Positions 54,201 through 64,000 of a DNA stretch of 64,000 bases are shown piece by piece. The DNA comes from Tubiluchus corallicola (Eukaryota > Animalia > Priapulida), in the NCBI GenBank assembly GCA_030141605.1, contig JAQGDQ010000024.1, positions 1,054,001 through 1,118,000 of the forward strand, read 5' to 3'. The position numbers were made by a program, and so were the translations under genes. Under the pieces are notes generated by a model, which did no database searches, was not told the origin of the DNA, and was given only the letters and a program-made list of their open reading frames with translations. The stretch's first letter is position 1; each line of letters begins with the position of its first letter.

Positions 54201-55243
54201 GTGATGATACATAAATCAAAATCTTATCTTCGTGGTAGCAGGCCTATTTATAGAAAGAGATTGCCACAATAACAATTATACAGATATGATACAATTGCAA
54301 CTGGACATTCTGGCAAGCTTTTGAATACGATGCAGTTCATAGGGACAAATTGTAGTGTATGCAGGTGCGCAGAAAAAATATTACGTCAAATAATAATTAG
54401 GTTGATACTTTGATAAATATTAGAATGTGGAATGATTTTGTCGCTTTTACTAATAAAGAGATGCATTTAAACTTTTTTTTATCAAAATTTTGAGAAAAGA
54501 TAATTTAAGCAAATATTTGGGTCGATCTGCCAGAAGTATCCTGCAGACTACGTCCATCAATCCGCAAAGTCTTTCCAACCCTGGTCTCATGCATAACTAT
54601 GTATTATAACAGATTTTGCTAATTATTAGTCAGTGGCATATATAGAGTAAATCACTATTAAATAGATTTTTTGCGACATTACTTCCTGTTGTCAGTTGTG
54701 TACACATAACAATAAATTAACCTGTTCTTCAGTCTTCACATCAAAAGGTAAAATAGTGTTAGATTGTATTTATCCCTACCCCTCTTCTTAACATTTAAAC
54801 TAAATATCTTTATTACCACTTTCCCAATTTGTTTATATATATATATACTTGTTTACAATGTTACTAAAACACGTTTTGCCAATTAAAAACACAAATTTAA
54901 GCTGGAGAATGATATTGATCCTGGTTCTCGTCAAAAGTAAAAAGCAACAACAATATACCGTCGTAATCTCCGGACTGTGTTCGTTATCTGGAAGGGATCG
55001 CTTAGTTCTAATTTGTCCGGTATGCAGTACGAGATTTTCAACTTCAGAGTTTGATCTAATTCCATTAGCAATTATTTGTCGCATTCCTTTCCCCAAACGC
55101 TCTTCTTCAGTTAATGGTGGAAAGTGAAGCGTTGTTGGCTTTAGGCCATGTCTAATTGCGCCTAACTGTCTTACGAATAAAGATAACAAACAAAAATAAA
55201 ACACCAAAACAAACACATGTTTCTGTTTCCACAACATCGCCAT
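13549..55243 (-). CDS. SORL1: Sortilin-related receptor SorLA/LR11, complete, about 2165-2168 aa
   Basis: Exons in transcript order: 54959-55243, 52256-52477, 51362-51523, 51043-51110, 50656-50830, 48660-48758, 48293-48459, 47879-48074, 47134-47319, 46623-46711, 45853-46031, 45526-45715, [44373-44495 or 44186-44299], 42026-42108, 41469-41641, 41064-41305, 40589-40850, 40299-40434, 39308-39444, 37608-37807, 36765-36910, 36110-36618, 35475-35622, 34734-34853, 33798-33956, 33243-33366, 32782-32969, 31758-31870, 31000-31104, 30536-30675, 29943-30052, 28982-29095, 28615-28737, 27958-28128, 27110-27213, 18161-18353, 17745-17845, 16081-16267, 15035-15244, 13549-13616. All phases chain to one ORF (6498 nt with the 114-nt alternative exon). 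The domain order VPS10P-10CC-YWTD-EGF-LDLa-FN3-TM-FANSHY is diagnostic of SorLA. Confidence 0.97.
13625..13676. repeat. (TAAG)13 microsatellite next to the last SORL1 acceptor
   Basis: Perfect tetranucleotide run; the acceptor AG is at 13618-13617. Confidence 0.95.
16081..33366 (-). CDS. SORL1: SORL1 fibronectin type III exons (6 domains)
   Basis: Six FN3 starts with a Trp strand (ILWDPP, LKWRPP, LNWKAL, LSWEKP, ITWSAS, MEWEEP) and L.P..Y-type motifs ([32 protein letters not shown]); phases are consistent. Confidence 0.88.
16344..16922. mobile_element. Non-autonomous hAT-type element (MITE)
   Basis: Perfect 8-bp TSD GTAATCAT (16336-16343, 16923-16930); imperfect TIRs CAGTGGCATAGCAAG / CTTGCCACACCTCTG (11/15). 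Confidence 0.8.
17515..17589 (-). mobile_element. tRNA-derived SINE head or tRNA pseudogene
   Basis: Minus strand GCTTCTGTGGTGTAATGTCTAGCATAGCTGCCTGGAAAGCAGAAGGCACACGGTTCGAGTCCCAGTACAGGTGC: A-box-like TGGTGTAATG, B-box GGTTCGAGTCC and anticodon arm CTGC-CTGGAAA-GCAG, but no paired acceptor stem. Confidence 0.7.
22850..23596 (+). CDS. PTB/PID-domain adaptor protein (LDLRAP1/ARH-like fold, invertebrate-type), 248 aa, single coding exon nested antisense in a SORL1 intron
   Basis: Longest ORF in the supplied track; PTB signatures [44 protein letters not shown]...[15 protein letters not shown]. Acceptor ctgttacAG at 22829-22830 just before the ATG; AATAAA at 23834-23839. Lies within SORL1 intron 18354-27109. 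Exact orthology cannot be assigned without a search. Confidence 0.9.
   Translation: MALNQQERRSSNDSNSSTKKDSPSNTAFKLFKKLGIKDKDEVTMKNEHEKNNEVMTNGSPDHKQTVDSLPQVFHVKYLGFRPAKGLWGIKHTRKPVEELVNATKKLKEGDMLPELQLHISEKGIHTCGVPDNKNNEFEEGLRPIDSISYGVQDTKYTRVFAMIVVNVEQSGVPTFACHAYVCTSRASARRMALTLALAFQEFGNQCSENKSNSNSPMIEKSQKLAIDLRSPEEIEQDLIADQELDSEA
25085..26423. mobile_element. Possible Kolobok-like non-autonomous DNA transposon remnant
   Basis: Begins AAAGGAGAA and ends TCTTGTCCTTTAA (inverted AAAGG/CCTTT ends, TTAA at the right); internal AAATTTGGCACA and AAGATGGC/GCCATTTT motifs. Boundaries are uncertain. Confidence 0.3.
29345..29472. mobile_element. One end of a DNA-transposon remnant (TTTTCCCTGAC subterminal repeats ending GTGGGAACCATG)
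   Basis: Several TTTTCCCYGAC-like units before a hAT-like terminus; the opposite TIR was not found. Confidence 0.45.
32226..32750. mobile_element. Non-autonomous hAT-type element (MITE)
   Basis: TIR CAGTGGCAGCTC perfectly inverted at both ends (14/15 when extended); subterminal direct repeat GCAGCACCCCC; degenerate 8-bp TSD GATGTCAC / GATAGCAA. Confidence 0.78.
33798..37807 (-). CDS. SORL1: SORL1 LDL-receptor class A repeat cluster (9 repeats)
   Basis: Nine six-Cys repeats with CD..xDCxDxSDE-type acidic motifs across exons 37608-37807, 36765-36910, 36110-36618, 35475-35622, 34734-34853 and 33798-33956. Confidence 0.93.
34272..34837. repeat. 283-bp head-to-tail tandem duplication (34272-34554 and 34555-34837) containing most of the eighth LDLa exon and its donor
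   Basis: Direct comparison shows 5 substitutions and no indels; CA microhomology at 34270-34271, 34553-34554 and 34836-34837. Confidence 0.95.
39308..41641 (-). CDS. SORL1: SORL1 YWTD beta-propeller and EGF exons
   Basis: Repeats CVYWTD, NLYWVE, WMYWTDW, KLYWTDA, KLYWNDW; EGF module [26 protein letters not shown]. Confidence 0.95.
39445..40298 (-). other. GC-AG intron of SORL1
   Basis: Exon 40299-40434 ends CAA G|GCAAGT; its phase 1 matches the TAG|GT acceptor at 39444; no suitable GT donor was seen. Confidence 0.85.
42026..52477 (-). CDS. SORL1: SORL1 VPS10P beta-propeller and 10CC exons
   Basis: [16 protein letters not shown]; Asp-box motifs [48 protein letters not shown]; [11 protein letters not shown]; GDHGGIIVA; [12 protein letters not shown]...CYNGRDYDR...[10 protein letters not shown]; [13 protein letters not shown]. 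Confidence 0.95.
42995..43379. mobile_element. Non-autonomous hAT-type element with internal tandem repeats
   Basis: TIRs CAGAGCTAGATTA / TAATCTGGCCCTG (11/13); TSD ATTATGAA / ATTATGAT; roughly 33-bp internal repeats (TTTGAGAYAAAGG...) at about 43118-43240. Confidence 0.8.
43809..44170. mobile_element. Non-autonomous hAT-type element (TAGGG termini)
   Basis: TIRs TAGGGGTGAGCAT / ATGCTCATCCCTA (12/13); TSD CAAATAAC / CAAATAGC; subterminal ATTCGA motifs. Confidence 0.82.
44186..44299 (-). CDS. SORL1: SORL1 alternative 10CC exon B (114 nt, phase 2-2)
   Basis: Acceptor cttttcccattgttacAG, donor GG|GTAAGC; encodes (C)[37 protein letters not shown](G); joins 45526 and 42108 in frame. Confidence 0.85.
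44373..44495 (-). CDS. SORL1: SORL1 alternative 10CC exon A (123 nt, phase 2-2)
   Basis: Acceptor ttttctctgcatgtgtAG, donor GG|GTAAGA; encodes (C)[40 protein letters not shown](G); joins 45526 and 42108 in frame. Confidence 0.75.
54959..55243 (-). CDS. SORL1: SORL1 first coding exon: signal peptide and propeptide with furin site
   Basis: [29 protein letters not shown] hydrophobic leader; RTKR|S proprotein-convertase site; GT donor at 54958. A TAG acceptor at 55255-55253 suggests an upstream non-coding exon. Confidence 0.88.
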
Positions 55244-57448
55244 ATTTACAACCTAACAACACTTGTACCAAAAATCTGGGGCAGAAAACTAGTGCGCAGA
55301 GATGCAAATCGAGACGGTGCAAATTACAAGCAAAATTAGCAAATATATTTTTGCACATCTCACTCAATTGGTTACTACCAATTCAAGCAAAGAGAAAAGT
55401 AAACAATGAAGTGCTACTGTTTATTATAATTAATTTGTAATCATGTTTGTAATGCGTATGTGCAAATCCGTTTACCTGACAAGTTGATTATATTCATCCG
55501 CACTCCTCAGATGGCATGATATATAAGCAAGTGAATTTACAGAATTATAAGATTAAATTAAAGAAATGAATGTTTACAAGCTGAAGTTTAGGTTAAAATG
55601 CAGCGAATCATCTGTATAATGTTGATTGTTAAAAAGCTGCGTAATTTTAAAGTAACCCGAATATCTGAATTCATTAAACAAGATAATTATAATAATAGAG
55701 TAGGCCTATAGCAAAGAATAGGGACCACACGTTTTCCTACACTTTGCCTATAGTTTGAGATTTATTTATTACACTTAAAAGCATAAAATGCACTTTGGTG
55801 TTAAAATAAAAAAATTAAAATTTGAAAAATCACATACACGATATTAACATAATTATACCGAAGCATTTACGAAATCACTATATACAATGTACAATCACAT
55901 ATGAATGCAAATTTACAATAAGTCATAATTATTGTACAATAATTAATTAACTGCACAGATTAGATCTCCTTTGTAAGACAAAGGTAATCCCAAATACTGT
56001 CACAGACATTTTACAAGGCAGCAGTGTGTGAAAGCAGCCTCCGAAGCTTATAATCATACGTAATATGTAATACTATTATATAAAATGCGGTACTGTTTGC
56101 TTGCTATGGTATGCAGACCTCTAGTGGGCATATCATCCCTGCATGCAAATGCTGTCTAGGCTTTGGTCCTTGGATGGTCTTAGTGGCTTAGAATTAGATC
56201 ATAGTGACAATATCTTTGCGGTTTGTACTAAACGTTATACATGTATTAGGCTATCAGTCACCCAATATGAGCCTACCTATCTTCTATTAAAAGTTTTATG
56301 GCCATAGTGGCTTTATGTAATAATATCCACCCACCATAATTTTACTTCTAGTACCATTATCCCAAGTAAAATACCGGTGCTCAACAGGTAAGTTGGCTAC
56401 AAGTCTACATAGCGAAATTTGAATCAGGAGGCCTACAAGTTGCATACATTTAATTAAATAGGCCTTCTATATAAATAACTAACTAAATTATCCAATTTGT
56501 GGGTGTACATGTTTGGTTAATCCATGGCTGTTAATTTCGTTAGGGATGTTAATATAGATGTTCAACGTTGATAAGCCCAAAATAATGAACGTAACGTCTT
56601 TTGTTAAACAACGACTAACCAACACTTTATCACCTGTGAATTGAAGTTTGCGTTAAAAAATCAGCAGCTGTTTTTGTATTGTTTGTAAGTGACACCTACA
56701 TCGTAAATGATATTTTTCTGCACTCTACATGCAAAATGTATATGGCCGCGTAAACCTAACAGAAACACAATATAAGTAGACTTATATACGTCTTAATTAA
56801 GATTTTCTTCTGTTTTTATCCCTGTGGGATGTAAGCACAGTTAAGTGTAATATACAAATATTTATTTTTTTAATATTTTATTATTTGTATGCTACTATGT
56901 TCGTCTCTTGCAAAACAAACAAACGAAGTTTTGCAAGAGTTAAAGCAAACACAATAATGTAAAGTAGATCGAGAGAAATCATATTATATAATATACATGG
57001 GCCTAATTATTCGTTCGAGTTTTTATAGTGAACACCTTGTGGTTCTTTTGATAAATTTATGGAATGAAACTTATCAGTTATAAACTACAATGCATTCACA
57101 CTCACGCACGCTCGCACTGTCACGTATGTAAACAACACGCACGCATGCACGTACGTAATACAAATATATTAAAAACTGAGAGTTATTCTTCATCTGATGC
57201 ATGGTTTCGGAAGGCTACTCAAGCAAATCCATCATGTGGCTGAGCTGCATCCTAGGCGACTTGCAAAATTGCCACAAGCAAAGCAATAGGATTTCTAGTC
57301 GCCAAGCCTTTGTTATGTAGTCCCCTCGTAGTGTTATCAGAGTTCAATTTCCTCCGTAAAATGTAGTTAGCAAGATCATCGTTTTTTAAGCATTTTATAT
57401 CGTGAGCGTTTGTCGTTGAGAACAATGCACGAAGCTTGCAGCTTTTCG

Positions 57449-57457
57449 AAGGTAAGT
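57449..57457 (+). promoter_or_regulatory. Strong donor AAG|GTAAGT, probable end of a non-coding first exon of the 63656 gene
   Basis: Consensus donor after a CpG-richer stretch, on the same strand as the acceptor at 63628-63629. The pairing is inferred. Confidence 0.35.
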
Positions 57458-57678
57458 TGTTTTATCGTAAATGTAAACTTAGAAAAATAATTATTCTAGC
57501 CTATATTATGTACTACATCTATAAGTAGCTGTTAGTATAGTATTAATTCATTTGTATCATGATAACAGGCATGAAGGCCTATAGTCATTAGTCAGTGTGA
57601 ATACTAATGCTAATCGCGTCTTAAGGTATTCAAACTTATGTGAGGGAGAAGAAGGCAAAAGAAAGAAAAAGAAAAAGG

Positions 57679-57681
<3 letters not shown>

Positions 57682-57733
<52 letters not shown>
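57682..57733. repeat. (GA)n microsatellite within a purine tract (about 57641-57775)
   Basis: About 26 GA units followed by a G run. Confidence 0.95.
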
Positions 57734-57740
<7 letters not shown>

Positions 57741-58143
57741 AGAGAGAAGAGAAAGAGACGAGAGACGTGAGAGTCATCTACGAACAAAATGTACTTGCAG
57801 AATAAATAAAAAACTGCCTTAATTATTTATAGACATCGAAAAGAGCGGTAGTAATATCTCAGCTACACCAGCGCGCATTAAATTTTTGAGTTATCGCTGA
57901 AAACCGCATTCAAACAACTAGTTAATTACCATTATCATTTATCAGTTTAGTAATTAATTTTTCTAATTTAAGTAGTTTCTGTTAATTATGGTCCTAATAA
58001 TTATTATTAGGGCATGGAGGCGCAAAGGCATTCACAGAACAGTGAACAACAATTATTACGAGCGAAGTTTTATTTCAAATCGTGAAATTAATGACGTTAT
58101 AAGTTTACTGAACTATCTCAATATGTACTAGAACCGCTATCAC

Positions 58144-58504
58144 CAGGGCCGCACTGTGATCTCTTGGGCCCCTAGGCTAATGAAATTATAGTGCCCCCTC
58201 AGACAGAGCCATCCTGTACGTGATATATTTTAGCGACATTTACATAGCTTGAAGTAAACTTATTTCGAAGTCCTTAAATAAACTAGAATATTTATGTTTT
58301 GCTTCTCAATAAAAATATTCTTTACGAAATACCACTATTTTACTATTTTATTGCAAACCAAATTAGCACACACTTTAATACAACCGTAGTTAAGAAACAG
58401 ATTTTTTACCAAATGTTACCAAAGCTTAAGCCCCCCCCCCCAAGCTTGTTGAGCTCTAAATATAGGCTGTAGCCTATGCTATCTAATAGGATAATCCAGC
58501 CCAG
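58144..58504. mobile_element. Degenerate hAT-type MITE related to the 42995 element
   Basis: Starts CAGGGCC, ends TAATCCAGCCCAG; shares TATAGGCTGYAGCCTA and GGGCCCC/CCTAGGCT motifs with the 42995 element; TSD GCTATCAC / GCTATCGT. Confidence 0.6.
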
Positions 58505-61500
58505 GCTATCGTACGGAATCATATGCCCACAGTCCTAAGATTCATGGAATACCTCGAAGACAGTCACAGAATGACGCCAGAAAATTAGACACTGCATTTT
58601 TTTCTCTATTAGCAGTTAACACATTACTTTTATATAACTTTTTGATTGAAACTGACAGGAAACCTGTATAGCAGGCCTATTGTCGCAACAATAAAGGTGA
58701 ATTACCTTTTTACTCTGCGCGTAAAATTCTAACTCTAAAAGTTTCCACCAAGGAAGGTACGTGTTTGTGATGCTAATCGACGAGTTTCTCCAACGAACAA
58801 AGAGAGAAGCAGAAAATATACGATTGTAACTTGTTAATACTGTACATAACATAATAGAAAAAAGCCTTTGAGCTTGGTGCGCTTGCAAGCACTTCGATGA
58901 TTTAGTAACTCATAACTGATTTATGACATTCTGTTACTAATTTTCCTAAGACACACAACATAATTGATGTTCCTGACACAACATCAATTAAATAAGAAAA
59001 CGGTGCTGTGTTATGCCGCCTTACCCTGAGCACTTAAAGTGACCTCTGAACGCCCTTTTTTGGATTCTCCTGTGACAGATTTGGTATATTACAATTATAT
59101 ATTACATAATAGCTGTGATACTGTACTACATTCATTCTTGTTATGGTGTCAAAACATTGACTACCGATAATAATAATCATGTCATCCAAATTTTGTAACG
59201 TTTTATTTGTGCTTTTTTCCAGAGCCTTATCCATTAGTAAACGAAACTGATAAACTGTTGCGCACTGCCACTAAAATTTTACGTTCGTATGCATATAATA
59301 AGACCGGTCTTTTAGTGACCTTTAACTTTCAGGGTCGACCATGACCTGGGACGACTACATTCTCTTGGTGTTCAAAATCAAATGGCGTATGAAATAACAA
59401 AGTGGGTGATCTTGATTTTCGATAATCTGCGACATGCTGCAAAGATTAGTGCGTGCCTTCTTTCTGAAGGTATTAGTGTCCACGCAAGCTCATCCATAAC
59501 AGTGCCAAATTGCTTAATTAAATAAATTTAAAAGTGCTGAAGTTTGGCTTTGGTTAATCAAATTTACAACACCAATATAGAACAATTGCCGATTAATTAT
59601 TATTAGACGCCTTCTGGCAGTTGATGCTTTTATGTCCTGAGATATATGGTAAATCAAGTTCGGTTTCTGAATCTGTCCTTTAACCCGCACTCCTCCCTCA
59701 GCCCTCTCCCAACTCGGTGTCAATGCGGCCAGACGCTCTGTTCTAACATCATTGAGATAAATGTAAAGATAAATTAATAAAAGATAAATATATTAGATTC
59801 AATAGATTTTAAAAATGTTTGGGCAAAAGTGAATTTGTTCAGAAATAGTTTGTGAAGAATAAAAAAATTCACAAGAGTAAAAAGTGCAAACCTGGTGTCA
59901 ATTTGCGTGGTCAATCAAACAAACATGTCCCGAAGGGTCAAACAGGTTTGTGTATGTGTGTGTGTGTGTGTTATGCATAGTACATGCCCAACTCACCGTG
60001 CAAATAAGCGTCTGTGAAAATTTTAGACTGCCTAAGGTTAAGAAAAAACAAACACGAGTACTAATGTAATCGTGATTTGCAGCTTAGTGAGTGACAGCTT
60101 AGTTTAGTGGATTCCGTTCACAGAGAAATATCAGTTCTTCAACATTATTTTTCTCATCTGTTTGACTGCAGAGATCTATTCAAGTAGTTTTGCAATAATG
60201 CAATCAGTTATTTTTTGATCGATTACCCGCATTACACAGGATTCATAATACATAGCCAACAATCGTTATTATAGGTCACTAGTTGTCACTGTACATGGTC
60301 GTGTATTCTCACTATAAATAATGTACAGAACATACATTAATCATTGCTTCTCGCCTCCCCTCTACTACCCCTTTTATTGTAAAATTTTTTATACCACGCA
60401 TGGAATAGGCTAAAGTGGCCGAGCGGTATAATAGTACTTATATATATATATATAGTCATGTAATTCTACATTGCATAAATTTTATTTAATTTAAAGTTAT
60501 AATTAAATTAGTAGGACCTACAGTATTTTGTTCACAAAACTAGGTCTACTTCCTGATATTACAACTTTTCAATAACAAGAGATAACTTGCTTTTATTCAC
60601 CAAAAGTTGTCCAGGAACTGCCATTTAACAATCAAATGCGATTCAGCAACAAAATGCTAGCACGAAAATATAATTGCGTATAAATAAGGAAAAGTGTTAG
60701 TCAGATTATTCCGATAAATTGTTATTTTGTTTGATGGAACGGGTTTGAATACAATGTGTCAGAAATGGAGAGTCCAGACTACAGCATAGATAACACGCTT
60801 AAAGTGATCTATTGAACAACCAAAAGCCGTAATTATCTTACTAAAAAACTAAGCTTGTGCGAAGATTAGTGTTATTTTAATACATTAAAGAACGGCTTAG
60901 TCGATCAAATGCTCCCTTCGTTTTTGTTTAGTAACTCCAGTTCCGTAACACGAACGCGGAATCTAGGTAAAACGGCACAGGTGATAATGGCAAGGTAAAT
61001 ATGGCACAGGAAAAGGGAGCTCAAGTGAAAAAAAACAGGAAAAATCGTTTAAAAGCGGCGCAGCTCTAGCCCCAACACTCTGTTTGGAAGACAGTTAGAA
61101 CTCACCAAAAAAGAAGCTCAGTAATAACCTATTATTTAGTGAAACATTATTTTCTATTTTGTGCCCTTTGTCTGTCAAATTTATCTTGCAATTATTAGAG
61201 CCTACATGTGTCAATGCAATTTTTATTGTACATCAATATAGCTACTGAAACATGCTGTCAATTAATACACCTTGCTAGTATGTATTTGCTGTACTTGTAA
61301 GAAGATGTTCTCTTAACCTTGTCATAAATTTGCCTCACTGAACATTTTCAAGAACGTTGATAAGTATAATAATCAAGACCTTACAAGTCTGACTCTGAAA
61401 ACTGGGCGTAACGCGTTGTACGATGTTACTGCAGTCGTGACAATCTGGAGGAACAAACAGTTTAGTCTCCGTAACTTGAACTAACTTCACTCGCCTAGTC

Positions 61501-63655
61501 AGGCCTTTGGCGATTTCAATTGTGTTTGAAAAGTGAATAGGCATTGTTGAGAGAGAATGCAAATCAGGAAGCGCCAACTAGCCACTGAATGCCCCGTGTT
61601 AAATGCAGTACTTGATGAGCTTTGTAAAATTGTGTGACTCTTTCAAGGCGGAACTAACTCCTATTTTTCTAACTTTGACCCAACTTGCTCGTTCACAAGC
61701 TAGTCTAGATCGAAAAATCTTAAGCACCGATAGCCTACTTCAGCCTGCACCCAAAGAAGATTCCGTGCTAGCTTTTCATATGTCGTATTAGTTCTTCCCA
61801 GTCCATTCACTGGCACATCATCACTAATCCCAACCCTCCAGTAATAATTTACTGCAATTTTGATCATAGACCAAGATAGGCTCGTTTCCCCGAAGAGCTT
61901 TTTCCTAGAAAAGTTTTTTGCCAGACAAAAAATCCCACCAAACGTTTTGCCACAAAAAATTACTTACCAGAAAAAAATTCCGGAGGTATTTTTCCCGGGA
62001 ATAGGATACGGTCCTGCTATGGAAGAACGTGTAAAAAATTGCAAATGAGCACAATGTATTAGGTAAATTTAGATCTCAAGATATTCAACCATAGGTATAA
62101 CTGCAAAGTATTGATCTTGTCCTATTTACATAGTTTATTAAACCTTATTTCAAATCCTGTGAAAATTAATTGTATTTGAAGAAATTATATGAAGCAAATA
62201 GGCAGAAACAATGATTTATAGAAAATTTACAGTTCAAAATTTTATAAAGCTCAATTTCAAAAATAGTTTTAGGGACCAAGAAGCGTATTAAGATTTAATC
62301 TACCCGCCAGGCATGTTCTATAAAATCTATTAATAAATTTCCACATAACAATTTACCGTTAGTGTTACGAAAGAAAGAATAACTCCATAGAAGAATAATT
62401 ACGGCTTGCAGCCAGGATAATAAGAGGCAGTAATACAAGGCCCACCCAACGTCTATACCCAGTAGGTCTATGCTGTAGTAATAACACATGCAATCACTCT
62501 TTTGTTCTCAAATGTACTTTAACATGACATTAATTTATTTGACTAAAAATTTCAACACGGTAGGTACGAGACGACATGGAACAAGCAATGAGTTCCTGGT
62601 CTACAAAACCTAAATATAGATAATCTCGTTTGTTTTTCTATTACGGCTAGAAATACCAGTTTCTGGTATGCATTTTCAGTTATATAACATCAGTGGGTTT
62701 ATACGCATATCGCTTCTTAATTAACATGCTGCCTACATGACCTGTCAAAATGCTTCAAAAATAAATTAACACATTTAAATTGCAAATTTGTTAAAGGTGA
62801 ACAAATTTACACAATGAGGTTTGCAGCTACAAATTTGATTTTCTGTTATAACATACAATCACCCTGCTTTACATTATAAATGTCACCTCTTAATTTTCAT
62901 TCCTTTCATTCGTGATTGATGATAGTAGGTTACTGACAGAATTCAGATTAAAAGTTTTCAGTTTAATCTACTGCATGAAAGCTTATACCACTTTCAGTTT
63001 TCGGTGCGCTTTTTGCAGTTTTTCGCTTTGTGTCGCATTTTGTACAGGATTTATCACTTCTATGTAGACAGTGATGACTGATGAACGAATGATTAAAACG
63101 ACACCTGTTGTGTCGCAATTGAATCACATTGTGTAAACATTTGAAACATCAAATATGTAGTAATAATGCGCTTTTTAAACTCTTTATAAGAGCATAGTGT
63201 GAAAGCAAAATTATCGAGCACGGCAACATTATTTTTTTAATTAGATGTTATTCAAATTATACTAATTTGGCATCAAAAGCTACCTTATTAAGAAAAATCC
63301 CTAGATGATTCATTTACTAAATGATCCCATTTTCTTTACATAATAAACCTGGCTACCTGACTTTCCTATAACACCAATAGTAAAAGCGATATAAAATAAT
63401 TAATGTGTGTGCAGCGTAGACAAGCGTAATCAGCTAACGTAACTGCTATCATGCAGTTTCTTTTTACGTAAATGCTACCATTACTTTCTTTTTTTACAAA
63501 AATGTTAATAATAGACTTTGTTCTATTGTTTATGGAGGTGTTTACATTTATTCTAACTGCAAAATACTTGAACAGAATTAGTTAGTCAACATGAATAATA
63601 GATTAAATTTCTATTTTGTTAACTTATAGGAATTTGTTTAAAGTGAGCAGGAAAG

Positions 63656-64000
63656 ATGCATGCGTACAGCATGCTGTTGAGTACAATAGTGCTAGTCACT
63701 GTAAACTCACAGGAAAATGGTGACAACTTTGATGTCATCCCATCAGCATCACCGTCTTCGCCAGTATCAGTATCAACAACCGTCACCCCAAAGCAGGTCA
63801 CAGAAACAGCTAGAGTGAACACGAGTTCTGCGACAACATCAAGGCAAATATCGACAACGACCGACCCGTTGCTAACATTTACGCGTTCTAGATATAATCC
63901 ATTTCTGAGGCCTTCAGTAATCAACAATTACACAGTAGAGAGTAAAGTGACAGACGAAACAGAAAATGGCTGCAATTCATCTGACCGCAAGGTGTTATTG
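63656..64000 (+). CDS. N-terminus of a putative secreted or membrane protein with a Ser/Thr-rich mucin-like segment, truncated by the window end
   Basis: Acceptor aacttatAG at 63628-63629, ATG at 63656, 115 open codons to the edge: MHAYSMLLSTIVLVTVNSQENGDNFDVIPSASPSSPVSVSTTVTPKQVTETARVNTSSATTSRQISTTTDPLL...NNYTVESKVTDETENGCNSSDRKVLL. Signal-peptide-like start, N-glycosylation sequons NTS, NYT and NSS, and a sharp rise in GC. Confidence 0.7.
   Translation, partial: MHAYSMLLSTIVLVTVNSQENGDNFDVIPSASPSSPVSVSTTVTPKQVTETARVNTSSATTSRQISTTTDPLLTFTRSRYNPFLRPSVINNYTVESKVTDETENGCNSSDRKVLL

Noticed and set aside
57557-57822. RE-repeat and LS-repeat ORFs
   Set aside because: Products of the (GA)n microsatellite.
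60955-62010. GGCACAGG and TTTTCC motif clusters suggestive of MITE ends
   Set aside because: No matching TIR pair or TSD could be established.
63619-63927. Minus-strand 102-aa ORF
   Set aside because: Antisense shadow of the plus-strand Ser/Thr-rich ORF, which has an acceptor, ATG and signal-like start.

Overview
AT-rich, intron-dense animal genomic DNA, most likely from an invertebrate; the species cannot be determined from the sequence. I reconstructed four genes by reading splice sites and phases by hand. (1) IFT46 on + (core exons 4665-9655; the 5' end probably lies left of the window). (2) A complete SORL1/SorLA (LR11) on - (ATG 55243, stop 13549-13551; 40 exon positions, about 2165-2168 aa; signal peptide, propeptide, VPS10P, 10CC, YWTD, EGF, 9 LDLa, 6 FN3, TM, FANSHY tail), convergent with IFT46. 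(3) A PTB-domain adaptor gene with a single coding exon on + (22850-23596), nested antisense in the 8.76-kb largest SORL1 intron. (4) The start of a secreted or membrane Ser/Thr-rich protein on + (63656 to window end), divergent from SORL1. Five hAT-type MITEs with 8-bp TSDs, a tRNA-derived SINE head and several microsatellites are also present. The main leads are a pair of apparently mutually exclusive homologous exons in the SORL1 10CC domain, flanked by RBFOX motifs; a recent 283-bp tandem duplication that could create an extra in-frame LDLa exon; and a PTB adaptor nested inside an LDL-receptor-family gene whose tail has an FxNxxY motif. All models are manual and need RNA evidence.
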